The notes: a model not told the origin generated them from the letters alone. 64,000 nucleotides of DNA from Camelus ferus (GCF_009834535.1 NC_045696.1:86368001-86432000); one strand, 5' to 3'. Shown: positions 12,175-25,501, numbered from the stretch's first letter. A program made the numbers and translations.

Positions 12175-12575
12175 TTGTTTTACGGCCCCTCAGAAACAAG
12201 CTGGATCCCCACACACACCTAAAATCTGGTTTGAATGTCAACACTGAAGATGACACACAAGCACTGGGAGACTACTCACATAACAAGGCTTTGGGACAGC
12301 AGACAGGCTCCCAGGCTGGTCCAACAATGGCTTGAGAGAGAAGAGGGTGGTGACTGGTTTGGGATTTTATGGTGGTTGGGGGATGAGGTTGTCAAGAGAG
12401 TACCCTAACATGACTAGGCCTTGGGTGTTTTGGATATCCTGTCAGTACCAAAGGAGGGAACACCTGGGCTTTCTTATCAGGCTTTCCAGATGTAAGGCAA
12501 AAGTGAAACTGGGAAGAGTGGTGTTTGAAAGCTGTCTGCAGTCCAGTATCAAAAACAGCCAGCCTCTTCATGGCA
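12175..12575 (-). mobile_element. ERVL LTR (MER76-like)
   Basis: 'cacctaaaatctggttt.gaatgtc..actgaagatgacacaca', 'caggctccca', 'aatggcttgagagag', 'ccaaaggagggaacacctgggctttcttatcag', 'aaagctgtc'. Confidence 0.6.
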
Positions 12576-12674
12576 TTAATACAATGAATTCAGGACTCTG
12601 TGTAAGTGCACCAGCATCGATAAATTTTAACCAAAATAAATACATGTTCTCTGCAGCTTTTTACTATCATTAAC

Positions 12675-12900
12675 AACAATAATAATAAGTACTATATACT
12701 ACTTACTAAGTACCTATTCTGTCTCAGGCACTGTACCCTTCAAGAAATTCAACAGAGTTGTCCATATTAACAGACATAGAAACCAAGGTTTAGAGTAATT
12801 AAGCCGTTTGCCTGAACTAAAAATCCCTTTAAAAAGTGAATGAAAGGAGAAGAGTGTGGAACAAAGTGGTCTGTCAGATCCAAGGCCTCTCCCCTTGTCA
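12675..12900 (-). mobile_element. MIR SINE
   Basis: 'cttactaagtacctattctgtctcaggcactgt..cagacatagaaaccaaggtttagag..ggtctgtcagatccaaggcc'. Confidence 0.6.
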
Positions 12901-15559
12901 TTGTGACTGCTTTTCTGGTAAACACACTGCATACCACCAATCCTTAAATTATAATTCAGGAAAAAATAAAATTTGGGCTAAGACAGTCAAAAATTGCTGA
13001 GATTAGTAAAGAGAACCATAGGGTAGCACTTTTATTTGCATACAAGTTTGCATGAAAATAATTAATTATTAACTGAGTAATAGTCATAATAATGATCTCT
13101 TGGGCTGACTTCTAGGGAATTTACATTTAAATCCTTAACTGCTGAGTTAGAAATAGCTCTTATCACCACCAGAAAGAAACCAATGCATGCATAATTCAAA
13201 TCCTTCAACATCATATCAATTCTCCTATAGATGATTATTTTTCAAATATTTAACATAAATATCACATACTTATTTAAGAATGTTACAATTTTCCCCTCTA
13301 GCAGAAGAGTTATTTTTGTCAAGATTCAGCTCTCTGCACTCGATGTAAGAAATTTAATTTAAAGTAATATACATCAAATAAGAAACCATCCAAATGTATC
13401 TTATTTAAAATTAAATGTTCTTTTATTATAGAAGAAAATTCATAACCCCTAAATTGTCAAAGTATTCTCCTAAAATTGTTTAAAATATTATAGTGGCAAT
13501 GACATGCAACTAATAATAATAAAACTGCATGAAAGGGATTTCTGAATTCATGAATTTCCCAGCAGAATCTATCATTTTGATAGGATTCTAGGAATAGTTT
13601 CTAAAGTAATTTCACACTAAGATGCACAGTTTCTTACCAAGTTTGTAAACTGCCTTATAAGACAACATAATGAAGAAGGAAACAAACAGCTAAATCATTT
13701 ATAAAGACTGAGAAGGTATTTTAGCCACTGCTTAACAACATATATGATTGTTTTTTAAAAGTGACAAAGATGGGGATAACGCCAAACTTTGGGATCAAAT
13801 GAAGGTATGAATTCTAAACAATATGCTTTCTATTTCTTTGTGTCACAAATACTGATTGTATTATTTTGTACTTAAGAATTTCATGTACCAGTCTACATGG
13901 ATTTATTACTTCTTTTTGTGTTAGGTCATGATATGAGCCAAGTTCCCATACAGAAAAGAATACATCTAAAACAATGTTTATTTAACCTCATCAACATGTG
14001 ATCTTAGTCTGTTTTTCAGTCCACTCTAAATTATATCTAACATTTTAAACAAAGGAAAATACACTAGTTTATAGGTATTGTTTCTTTTTTATTTGTATTG
14101 TAATAATGTTATATTTATATGTCCAATTTAATTAACTGTTTTAAACTCTCCAGAAGTATTATATAGAATGTGAAAATACGTACTATGATCCTATTACACA
14201 GGGACTACAGCAATTTATGTGCAGTGCAAAATAGCTATTTTTGTTCTGCCAGAACTGGATTCCTGACATTATTTTAAAAACTAATAAAATAAAGGTCTAT
14301 ATATCTTTTATCACTTGCATACTATAAGGTTTAATTATATTTGATAAACTCATAGTCAATTATAAATTAGGCAAATATGTGAATAGGGATTGCAAAATAA
14401 TAAAATATGAGTTTGCATGGATACCTTGAAATAATTTATTTGTTGGTTTAATAATATAAATTAATCTGAAGGCAGAATTTTTGCAAAACAATAGTTTCTG
14501 CTGATATAAAAATTATTTCATGCAAAGAAATTGGGATATATATTCATTTACTTTAACACTAAGACCTTTGAGAATGTTAGAACAGAGCAAATGATAAACT
14601 TCAATTATACTTATTGATTTAATACATAGAATGTTTAAGTTTTTACTCAAGAGAGTTGGCTCATAGCAGATTTGATATAGTAGTCTTAGATTTAGAAAGT
14701 AATTTCTAACATACCAAGAGATTTAAGAAATGAAATAACTGCTTCAGTTACTGCTTAAATAAAAGAGCACGAACAGTGACCTAATCTCAATTAGACAGTA
14801 TTAAATAGCTACAAAAATACTGACCTAAATTTAGGTTATGAGACATTTATTTCAATCTTAGTTTAATTTCTTTAAACTTTTTATTAGTTGTAAATGGTGA
14901 GTAAAAAGTAGAAAGAAAGTAAAAAAGGTTGTGAGAAGATAAGGATTCCAGTTCTTTCTCTACGCTAATAAGAATTTAACAGAGGCTTCTCTGGACCTCA
15001 TGTCACCAATCTGTAATCTTGGTTTAAGGAAGCAAATAACATCTAAGTTTGTTTGGGGGCTTAAATTCTATAATTTAATTGTCCAATTATTCATTTTACC
15101 CAGTTCCATTAATAACTTTTAAGGCCATTTTCCTAAAGACCTAATATATAGTCTGTATTTAATATTTATTAGAAATTTTGTTCAATAAAACTGCCTGAAG
15201 AAAAAAGAAAGATAAAATTCTCTGCTTCAAAATTGGCAGCATGGTTCAGCAAGTATATTTTGCATGTTCTTTAGGAGACTGTATATAAGCAAAAGTTTGA
15301 TGTGGGATCAAATTAATCAGCTTCCTTCTCTCATTTAGGAATTAATTATTCTATGAAGGAAACATTTATTAAGTGCTTACTGTTTGCCACTCACTGTGCT
15401 TGACTCTGAAGATAAAAGAGGAAAGGACAAGAAAATATATTCAAGATAAGAAATACGGTCTGGTCACAACGTCACTCTTGGGAATTGTGGTAAATTAGGG
15501 TTGGAGAACTTTTCCTGGTAGATGAGCTAAACTTCTCTCAGATATGACTTAATATCATT

Positions 15560-16004
15560 TCAGGAAGATGTCTACTTCCTAATTCTTGAAATCTATGAAT
15601 ATGTCACACAGCAAAGATGAATTAAAGCTGTAGATAGAATTTAGATTGCCAGTCAGGCAACAGTAAAATAGTGAGATTATCCTGGATTATCTGGGTAGGC
15701 CTCATATAATCAGAAGAATCCTTACAAGTGGGATCTGGAGGCAGAAGAAGAGTCAGAGCCAGACTTGGCCAACCATTGCTGCTGGCTCTGAATGGAAGGG
15801 GGCCATGGGCCAAGGAATGCAGAGGGCCTCTAGAACTGTAAAAGGCAAAGAATGGATTCTCCCTTAGAGTCTCCAGAAAGAACAAAGCCCTGCCGATTCC
15901 TTAATTTTTGCCCTGTAAGACTCATTTCAGATTCCTGACCTCCAGGAATGTAAGATAACAAACTTTGTTGTTATTTTTCCAATGAAGCTAAGAAAAATGA
16001 GGCA
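15560..16004 (+). mobile_element. MLT1D-like MaLR 5' LTR
   Basis: 'gagattatcctggattatctgggtaggcc', 'gggggccatgggccaaggaatgcag', 'ggattctcccttagagtctccagaaagaac', 'agactcatttcagattcctgacctccag..gtaagataa'. Confidence 0.85.
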
Positions 16005-17428
16005 TATTTTGTTACCGGACTTGGGATGCCGCTATAACAGAGAAAGAAAATGTGCAAAAAGCTTTGGAATAGGCGATGGGCAGATGCCAGAGCAATTTCA
16101 AAGAGCATGAAAGAAAAGGCCTAGTGTGTCCTTAAACAGATGGTAGAGATACAGATATCAAGACTTTGCTAGTGAGAATGCAAAAGGAAGTGAGGAATAC
16201 AGTAAAGAAAACACACACTGCCAAAGAAAATACTTAGATCATCATGAACAGACTGTTGGTATAAATATGGACATGAGAGATGCTGTGGGTAAGAGATCAG
16301 AAGGAACTGAGGAACATGGAACTGGAAATTGGGACAGAATACATTGCAGAATTATGCCCTGCAGTTATGCAGAAAGAATAACTTATGGGTGATAAAACTG
16401 GACATTTAGTTGAGAAGTCTTCCAAGCACAATGCTGAAGGTACGACCTAGTTTCTTCTTTCTGCTTATAGTAAAATTCCAAGGGAAAGAGATAAATTGAG
16501 GAAAGAACAATTAAAGAGAAAATAGAACTTGGTGATTTGGAAAATTCTCATCTTACCTAGACTTTAAAAGATATTAAAATTAAGATATTCACTGTCTGGA
16601 GAGCATACATTTTGGAGAAGTCCATGGATGTGGCTGGAAAATCTAATACCTTAGAAAGACAAAAGATCAGAATATTCAGTCACAGAAAAAGCTCTCTGAA
16701 AAGCTAAAGCATATGACTCAGAGATCCTCTCAACTGTCTCAACAGAAGCCAAAATATAGATGGGATTATCTACGAGCATCCGTGTCTATTGGAATGAATT
16801 CCTGTGACAACATCAAAGATCTATGAGGTTCCTGAGAATGCACTTTTAACTGAAAAGGAGAGAGATAGGACATAACAAAAGAAGGCTATCAGACACTCAA
16901 GAGTCTATAGTCAAGAACATGCCGATAAAACTACTCAGTTGTTAACACATGCTACCCGTCATGAAAAAGGTTAAGATGACGTAGAGGATGGAGCCCTTAG
17001 CCCAGGAAGTGGAGCCACAAGATGCCAAGCATCATTCTCTGGCTTTAAATGGAGTTTCTTAGCTGGATTTTTAAATCTCTTGGGGCAGTTGACTCCTTTT
17101 GCCTTCTATTTTCTCATTTTTTTGAATGGAAATGTTTATAATTGATTTCTATTTTTAGTCCAATAGTTTATTTTAGAAGTAGGTAGCTTGTTTTTGAATT
17201 TCACCATTTGTAGACAGAAAATTTTCCCCCAAATAGAGCATACCCGTAGTCTTACCTAGAACTGATTTATTTACATGACAAGGTTTGGGATTTTCAAGCT
17301 GATAAATTTAGATGATATCTTGGACTTTGAGTTGAAGCTGTAATAGTAGAACTATGGGGGTGTTGGAATGGGTTACATATATTTTGCAGGTGGGAAAAAC
17401 GTGAATCTTTGGAGGCTAGAAGGCATAC
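16005..17428 (+). mobile_element. MLT1 internal sequence (MLT1-int)
   Basis: Starts 'tattttgttacc..gctataaca..gctttggaa'. Contains 'cttccaagcacaatgctgaagg' and 'ctgcttatagtaaaa'. Ends 'gtgaatctttggaggctagaaggcatac', the polypurine-tract (PPT) region. Confidence 0.85.
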
Positions 17429-17500
17429 TGTGGAACACAAAACAACTGTCTCAGAAAAATGCCCGCACCCTACTCCTCAAAATCCCCTTTGCCATGTGAA
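17429..17500 (+). mobile_element. Start of the MLT1 3' LTR (truncated)
   Basis: 'tgtgg..aaaaatgcccgcaccctactcctcaaaatc' directly follows the internal PPT region and resembles the MLT1D LTR start. Confidence 0.6.
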
Positions 17501-17506
17501 ATACAC

Positions 17507-17923
17507 GATAATTCTAAGTGAAGTAAGCCAGAAAGAGAAAGAAAAATACCATATGATATCACTCATTTATGGAATCTTAAAAAAACCAAAAAGGACACTA
17601 TGAACTCATCTACAAAACAGAAACAGACTTGCAGACTTAGTAAACAATCTTATAGTTACCGAGGAAAGGGGGTGGGAAGAGATAAATTTGGGAGTTTGAA
17701 ATTTACAAACGTTAGCCACTATGTATAAAGTTATATATTTTTTAAAGTTTCTTTTATATAGCACAGGGATCTATGTTCAGTATCTTGTAATAACCTTTAA
17801 TGGAAAAAATATGAAAACAAATATATGTATGTATATGCATGTCTGGGACATCGTGCTGTACACTGGAGACTGACACATTGTAATTGACTGTTCTCCAATA
17901 AAAAACAAAACAGCACAAAAAAA
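17507..17923 (+). mobile_element. L1 3' end, camelid-type 3' UTR
   Basis: 'ctaagtgaagtaagccagaaagagaaagaaaaataccatatgatatcact', 'tatagcacaggga', 'gacacattgtaattgactg..caataaaaaa' followed by an A-rich tail. Confidence 0.9.
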
Positions 17924-17939
17924 GACTCTCAATCTAAAA

Positions 17940-18420
17940 ATCTCTTCCCTCGTCCATTTTTTTATATTTCTGCCAGATTTATTTATCTTTTTTGAAAACT
18001 CCAAATTAGATGTGTCTACTGTTCTAAATCCAGTTTTGCCACTGGTATAATATAAAGCTATTTTAGCAGGACATGCAGTGTCTTTATTTACTGGCATCTC
18101 TTAATTTTCTTACATAATTTTTCATTCTTTCTTTTTTTTTAACAAATAATCCATACCCTGTTTTCTCTTTTTATAGGTCTCCTTAATATTCCCCAAACCA
18201 ACAATATCCTCTCATTCCTGCTTTTCTTTCTTTGTGCCTTCATGGAATGGACTCTCCCTCTTTTCCTGTAGTCAAAATTTTACCTTATTAAAGATGGAAT
18301 TGAAAAGTCACTTTTTCTTGAAAGTTTTCTCTGTTTCTTATCTCAAAAATTATTTACTCTTTCTTCTACTCTCTTTGTATAGATAACATTTATCACATTT
18401 AAATACATGCATTTATCTAT
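17940..18420 (+). mobile_element. Degraded L2
   Basis: 'gccagattt..atcttttttgaaaactccaaattagatgtgtc' and 'aagtcactttttcttgaaagttttctct' are L2-type motifs. Confidence 0.45.
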
Positions 18421-18729
18421 TCTTTTACATTTGCTAGAAAATGTGACACTGTACCACTAGCTTCTGAATCAAATGAAGCACAGATACAGGAGTCCCACTC
18501 CAGAACTGCCTAACCAAAAGGTGGTGGTGGGTAGTAATTCAATTGTAAATAGTTACTCAAGGAGATTCTTACCTGCATTCAAAACCACTTCTCTAGATGG
18601 TGAGCTGCTTAAGAACAGAGTAGTTGTTTGGTTCTTTGTTTATCTCTAGTCATTTATCTCTATAGAGGAAATAGGCTAGAGAAAACAGTAATTAGGTTGT
18701 ATAGGAAAAATCTCACTCTTCCTCCTTTG

Positions 18730-19055
18730 AACATCCAGATGGAAGAGATGTGTAGGATTAGGTATGTCAGAAAGGCTCCCGTATACTCCCTGAGCACACT
18801 GCCATCCCAGCACCTCCACCTGTTCAATAACCTGGACACTCTCTGAACCCCGTACTTCGGTGATTTTTATGGAGGCTTTATCATACAGGCATGATTGATC
18901 ATTAACTCCCATTCTAGCCCCTCTCCCCTCTCTGGAGAATGGGGGTGGGGCTAAAAAACCCAAGCTTCTAATCATGGCTTGGTCTTTCTGAGCCCCGTGT
19001 AGAAGCCCATCAAGTTACCTCCTTAGAACAAAAGAGTCTATTACCCAGGAAATAC
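18730..19055 (-). mobile_element. MER21-like LTR fragment
   Basis: 'ctctctgaaccccgtactt..gatttttatggaggctt', 'cattaactcc..agcccctctcccctctctggagaatgggggtggggct', 'caagcttctaatcatggcttggtctttctg'. Confidence 0.85.
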
Positions 19056-20269
19056 ATTATCTCACATAGGTATAATAAACTTTCAACATATCATCCCTAA
19101 ATAAATAGGATCATAATACCATAATAACAATGTCACATAAACCTTTTCAGTGCTTTGCTAATAAAGGCATTTAACAGTAAACTAGGAATTTCTTTTTACT
19201 GTAGCTACAGCATTCATCAGTGATCTTCAGATCTATTTGTGGTTGTGAAAGCCTTTGAATTAAAGAGAAGCAGAGCAGAGTTTAAACCATTTGGCTACCA
19301 CTCTCTTCCTATTGTCCCATCACTGACCCCCTAGAATATCTCACAGCCCAGATGGAACACAGACATAGATTCAAATATTAATTTAGAACCCTTGAACAGT
19401 AAAGATTTTAGTGAATCACTAAGTTTATATTTAGTTTACTTACACATTTTATGTAATGAAAACTGGGTAGTAATAATCCAGTGTTCTTAGTCTGCATTTG
19501 AATATTTTCTAAATGTATTTTTCAGCTGCAAACAACTAATCTCAGCTACTTCTTTCTTCTTCCCTAGTCCCGGTAGTTATTTCACATCATTGCAGTCTGG
19601 CAACTTTTTCACCCCTTGTAAGTTGAGCTGTTTCTACTACTTTCTAAGCACAATTTGACAAATAAGATGAAAAAAGATATAAGAAGGACATGACCAGTTG
19701 ACCACTTCTACCAATGTTCATCATTTCCTGTATTAATATTGTTTACTTTATAGTGATTCTTAATTTAAGGCACCGCTCTGCTAAGTTAGATTTTAGCTCT
19801 AAGACAGGAATGCATACCATCTGCAACATGCTGATTTCTGGTTGTAGCATTGTTCTGTAAATGCAAAAGTAAACAAGGTTTTTTTAAGGTTCTTGGATGT
19901 GGGTCCTAAGTCCTTAATCATTCAATCTTGAGAACCATAAAGAATTAAGTATCAATTTGGAAACTATATTACAGTTTTAAGTTACATTTTCAGGGAAGCA
20001 AATATTAAATCAGTAATTTCAAACTAATATATGCATCTTTTTGTGTGAAAAATGCTTACACTTATTTTTTCTTTTACACATTAGTTTATTTTAGGAATAC
20101 ATAATTCTGCTGATGCTGAAGACCCTCACAGCCATTGTCTTGGGACACCTCCTTCTGGCTTCACCTCTTTTTTTACCCCCTGACTTGCTACTCCCAAAGT
20201 ATGAAATACAAGGATGACATTAGTCAAGGAAGTGTGTATGGAATTTAGATTGGGTATTGACTTTTAAAA

Positions 20270-20372
20270 TGTCCCATGGCCTTTCTCTTGCCTTCTAAAA
20301 CAGCCTACACTCTGTAGTATGTATCTTTCTAAATAAATCTACTTTTACTCAAAAAAAAAAAAAAAAAAAAAA
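20270..20372 (+). mobile_element. ERV1-type LTR R-region fragment ending in poly(A); 5' boundary uncertain, possibly from about 20105
   Basis: 'cactctgtagtatgtatctttctaAATAAAtctacttttactc' followed by A22 (20351-20372). Confidence 0.55.
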
Positions 20373-21589
20373 GGAAAAGGAAAAAATCTAAAGGTGGCCA
20401 CAATTGGACAAATAAGTGGGGTGAATGGGGGATATTCCAAGCAAAAGACACTGTCAAAGAAGAATCTTAGACATTAATGAGTATGATCAGATGGGGGGTG
20501 CAGTGACCTATTTTATTAATCAAAACAGAGTTTATGTTAAAGATTAATGAGACATAATACAAGGATACATGTGGTGCAAATAGAACTTTATATGTGGTAT
20601 GGAGGGAAAAATATAGGCTCTGAAAGGAGGTGGAGGTTATTGTTTGATGAAGGTGTGAAACTGAAAACCAAGACTGCAAAATGTTGAGTCACTTGTCTAA
20701 GGTTCTGTGATTGTCACTTCTATGCTGCACACAGCTTTCCCACCCTTCCTGATGGGGAAGAACAGGAATGTAGTGAAGAAATATCCACTCTATTAAATGA
20801 TCCAGCTTTGAATATTTTCCAAAAAGGAAGATTTTTTTTTTTTAAATTTTGGAAGGTCTATATGTTGACTCACAGTTTCCTCAGTAAAAAAGGATTATGC
20901 TACTCATTCTTTTGATTGTCTTGTGATTAAATAATTTAAAAACTATAATGTAAATAAATACTATATAAAATTCCTTGTTCAGAGCTAGCTATATAAATAG
21001 AATTCCGTGATGATAATTTATCATCCCTGAGAGGTAGGTATTCTGCTAAGTTTTGTCATTATAATATTCTGAACTTTATATAAGTGCTTTGGGTTTCCCC
21101 CCAATTTATTTATTCATCTATGTATTTATTTATTTCATCCTAAAAAGATGAATTAATATGTAATATGTGGCATTTCACTTTAGTAAGGTCCAGCAATAGA
21201 AACATTTATGATAGTAAAGGAAGAAACAACTTATTGTAGTATAAGTATTACTTTTGATTATAATATTTTACTCCTCAAATCAGATTTGAAATGGAAAACT
21301 TTAAAATCTCACAGATTTTTAGGACAGAATACATACTATTTATCTTTGAATCTTTAGAATTTACCATATTTCATGCTCAGTAAAAAGAAACGTGATGAAT
21401 AAAATTAATGATAGCATGAGTGAAATAACAGCTTGGTTGTCTGCTCTGAATGGTTAGACTTAAAAGGTGTAGAGTAGGAGAGAAAAGCCAGAGTAGGAGA
21501 GAAAGAGAAAAATAAAAAGTTCAGATCTGCTAATCTTGATTTGCATACACTATCATTTTTAAAGTAAATGAACTTAATATCATATCTTC

Positions 21590-22510
21590 ATATTTGCATG
21601 TCTTACAAACATCTGAAATTTAATTTGTTCAAAATTGAGCTCCTGTTCTAAGCCCAATGTGGTATCTGCCCCTCTGTCCAGGTTCCACCTGCCAGCCAGT
21701 GGCTTCTCTATGCTTACTGTTGTTTAAGGCAAATGCCCAGATGTTGGAGATGCACAAGGAAGAGGAGTTATCTGAGATTAATACCAGTTGACCACTAAAT
21801 TTTGTCAGTTTTATCTACAAAATATATTTGTCATTTGATCCTTCTCTATTTCCTTTGGTCTACCCTTTAAAAACCACACTCTGGGCCTCATCATGCCACT
21901 TATATACTTAGATTCTTTCAGTTAGTTCTTAACTGCAAATCCTTAACTAGACATGGAAGTAATAAGAAAGAAAGGAAGGGAGGGAGGGCAGGTAGGAAGG
22001 AAGGATGGAGGGAGGGAAAAAGAAAGGAAGGAAAGAAGGAAGGGGAGGGGAGGGAGGAAGGGAAAGAATGGCTGACATGATTTTTACTTTAGTGACCAAA
22101 ACAATCCCATCTTCTGTCCATTTCACTTGTGCTCATTTAGTATAAACCACATCGGTTTTATCTAATTTCTCCTGGGCTTTCAATTGCACTCTCTTCTAAA
22201 TTTGGAATGCTCTTTATTACTTTTCCCTTCCATTGGACTACTTTTACATCAGAATATTTCACTTCCTTAGAAAAGACTACTTGCCTTCCCAAATCTTTTT
22301 ACATGATATATGATACGAAGTACTGTGTATTCTTTTCTTTCACAGCACTTATCAGTTATATTTTAAGTCAAGTGCATGGTTATTTGCTTAAATTTGTTTC
22401 CCACACAAGACTGTAAACTGTATGAGGACAAGGACACCATATGTTTACCATTCTTTCCTCCATAATTTTACTGAAGCCTAACACATAGGAGCCTTTGAAT
22501 AAATATGACT
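21590..22510 (+). mobile_element. L2 (fragmented), interrupted by a purine-rich repeat
   Basis: 'acatctgaaatttaatttgttcaaaattgagctc', 'ttttatctacaaaatatat', and a 3' end 'agactgtaaactgtatgaggacaaggac..gcctaacacatagg..aataaata'. Confidence 0.65.
21962..22068 (+). repeat. Imperfect (GGAA/GGGA)n purine-rich repeat
   Basis: Read directly. Confidence 0.9.
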
Positions 22511-22837
22511 ACTGTTTTCTTTAGTAAAGATACCAATAAATGGAATCACAGTGGTTGGCAACAATAAGGTGAAAGACATAGAACTAAACTGGAAAAAAAA
22601 AAAAATGGTGGTAGGTGGCAGAGAAGTCCAGACCCACACTTATTTTCCTATTTGTCAGTCAAGAGAAATATCAGGTGCTAGTATCCTTTACTTCACAGCA
22701 AAGTTCCTCCAACTATTGCTAGGGAATAATTTAACATACCACAGAAGTCTACACTCTAAAAACAGATTAAGCAGTAAGTATTTCTGAAAGAAAAAATCTG
22801 AATGCCAAGATCTATGCAACATATTATGTCTTGTTAA

Positions 22838-23025
22838 CAGTGTTTCTTAAATTGTGGTCCCTATAGCACCTGAAGCAGGAGCACCTATGGTGCTTGATGA
22901 AAATATAGATATCTGGGTCCCATCACAAACTTAATTGTTGGGACTCTCAGGGAGAGGACAGCAAACACATTTTTTAGAGGAATCATCACAGATGATTCTT
23001 AAGTTTGCAATGCTTGAGAAAAGAG
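22838..23025. mobile_element. MER5A/B hAT-Charlie DNA transposon
   Basis: 'cagtgtttcttaaattgtggtccct..gcacct..ggtgcttgatgaaaatatagat.tctgggtcccatc..gatgattctta..ttgagaa'. Confidence 0.7.
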
Positions 23026-25501
23026 CAATTTTCTTTTTTTGTTATGGTTGAGAATTGACCAATTAGGAAATGTCTCTGTAACTAACACATTATAAATAAC
23101 TATTAGTTAATAAAAACTTGAATACCCAAACTCTTCACTAATTATCCCACTAAAGAATGGAAATGACAAGGACTGATTAAAAAAAAGGAAGTTAGAGAAT
23201 GGTGTCCTGCTGTTAGTGGGAGTACCGCAGTAGCAAAGAGACTATAAAATATTGATGAACTATTGACCAGAGGTGGCAGAGGAAGATAAAAACAAAGTAT
23301 CTGAAAGCACAGAGAAGCTGCCTGTCTCCATGTCCTGGAAAAGAGCTTCAATATTGACAACATTAATGAGTCATCATCAGCTAAAATGCCTTTTCTTTTT
23401 TACAGTTTCAGAATTATATGCATTTCCATTTCAAAGAAACAAGAGAGTTTTTTTTTTCCCTTTCATAATTATATTTTCTAAAGAGCAAGAAAAGTGTACT
23501 TTTTAGCAAGGTGATTCTAAATACAGACTTTATGATCATTAAAGGCCATGGTGATTCTAAATGTAGATTTTGTGATTATAAAGGCTACCTTCATGAGACA
23601 ATCCAACAGCGGAGCTGTTCACAAGCTCACTTGTTTTGGGTCTGAGTCATTAAAAAGTTTTACCTTCCAAATATTGTTCGTGACAGAAAATAATGTTGGC
23701 AAAATGTAAACGTTTCTGTTCTAGATTCCCACACTCAGGAGATGTGTCTTGCTAGGGATATTTTCACTACAATAAAAATTGGTGGCTTGACAAATTTATG
23801 GCTTCCCACTTAAAGTAGAATCTTAAGTGCTCAGCCATCTATTGTCATGGCATTTTACACTTCAAAAAGGAAAAAAACAAGATACATTGAAAAATGAACA
23901 AAAAGATGTGTTCATATCCACGGTGCTCTTAATAAAAGCTCATTTATCTACTTCCTATAACCAAAGAATTTCTCTTTCAAGATCAAGCTGAAATATGTGT
24001 TTAATGAAATTTATCTTGACTCTGCCACTCTTCTCGCTCAATTTTAAGTTAGTTGAATTTTTTTGCATATGTTCATAACATATTCTACATATGTCTACTT
24101 ATTCTTTAACTTGGTATCTTTAATTAAGATCTCACTAGTCTTCGAGATCTCAAGATCAGGAACATTGTACTAGTTACGTTTCTGTCTCATGGCCCTGTTA
24201 CAAAACCCAGAAAGTTAAGTGTCTGGCTTAATATCTTGATGGAAGTGGGATTAAGTAAATGTTGATTAAGAAATACATTGAAATATTCAATAAAAGTGCA
24301 CCAAGGCAAGTTTAGGTAGTGTTACAATTGTACAGAAAATAAAATTGAGTAAGATTAAATAGTTATAGAGATGGATTGGGCACCTAACTATGTTTACAGC
24401 TTACTTTCCCATCGCCTATAAATTTTCTGATTTAAAACATTTTGGTATCTATGTTGAGGTTCTCATAAAGGAGTACTATGTTTGGGTTTTTTTTTTTTTA
24501 AGGCAGATTTCTGGTGTTTCTCTGAATTGGGTATTAACCTAATAGAAAATGTATTATTTGGTAAGTAATTATATCCTAAAGTTCATTTCATAAAATGGTC
24601 CAGGATGCATGCCTGGATGATGGAAATCTTCTTAAAACTTCTTTACAGTAGAATTTGAGATAAAATTATAAAACAAATTGACATTTTTATCATAAATTGA
24701 TTTGTGCTTTGTATATGCCTCATTTAGGGGTTGTGAAAATGATGAAATTGTAATAACTTGTATGGAAATATCACTAACAGAAAATATAGGTCAAAGGAAT
24801 TGTGGCAGGATGCCCAGTGTTTAAAAAAAATCAAAGTTTGTGATGTACTTACTAATATTATTAGACAGATATCCATAATCATATTATTGACTTTAAAAAA
24901 TTTGCATTCTAGATTATTCACTAGTTCTTGCTTCCTAAAGTCTCTTATCATGAGAACAGCAAGAATTTTAAAAAGGGAAATGACCAGACATACTGTATTT
25001 GACTCTATTTATATCAAATATACTAAAGGCATATCTATGGAATTTTTCCCAACTTGTGAAGACATTTATATTCTTCAATACATATATGTTGATGACATAA
25101 ACATGTACACACTAAGATACACATATATACATATGTATGGAGACTAAACAACATTTAATAGTATATTGCATGAACTTTTTGTCATGTAAGCTCCTTAATT
25201 CTTCATAAATTAGTCTCTTTTGCTTTAGTTGCAAAAATGTTGGGACTTTTATTAAGATACAAATACATGTTGGTTATATCCAAACTTATCCTTCATTATT
25301 TTAGAATAAAGCATGCTAATTCCTATTTCTTTGATAATTTTCTTTGCATTTCTCTGGATTGTTTCAAGAAATAACTCATATGCAGTTCCAGTATCATAGC
25401 ATTTTTCTTCTAATAAAATCCAAATTCAACCTCAGTTGAATTTCAGATAGATAATTCTCTTGTCTAGCACTGAGTCAGTCATGAAATCAGTCTCCCGTGG
25501 A

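Noticed and set aside
23510..23589. CRISPR-like repeat
   Set aside because: There are only two adjacent diverged copies with no spacers, in a mammalian context.
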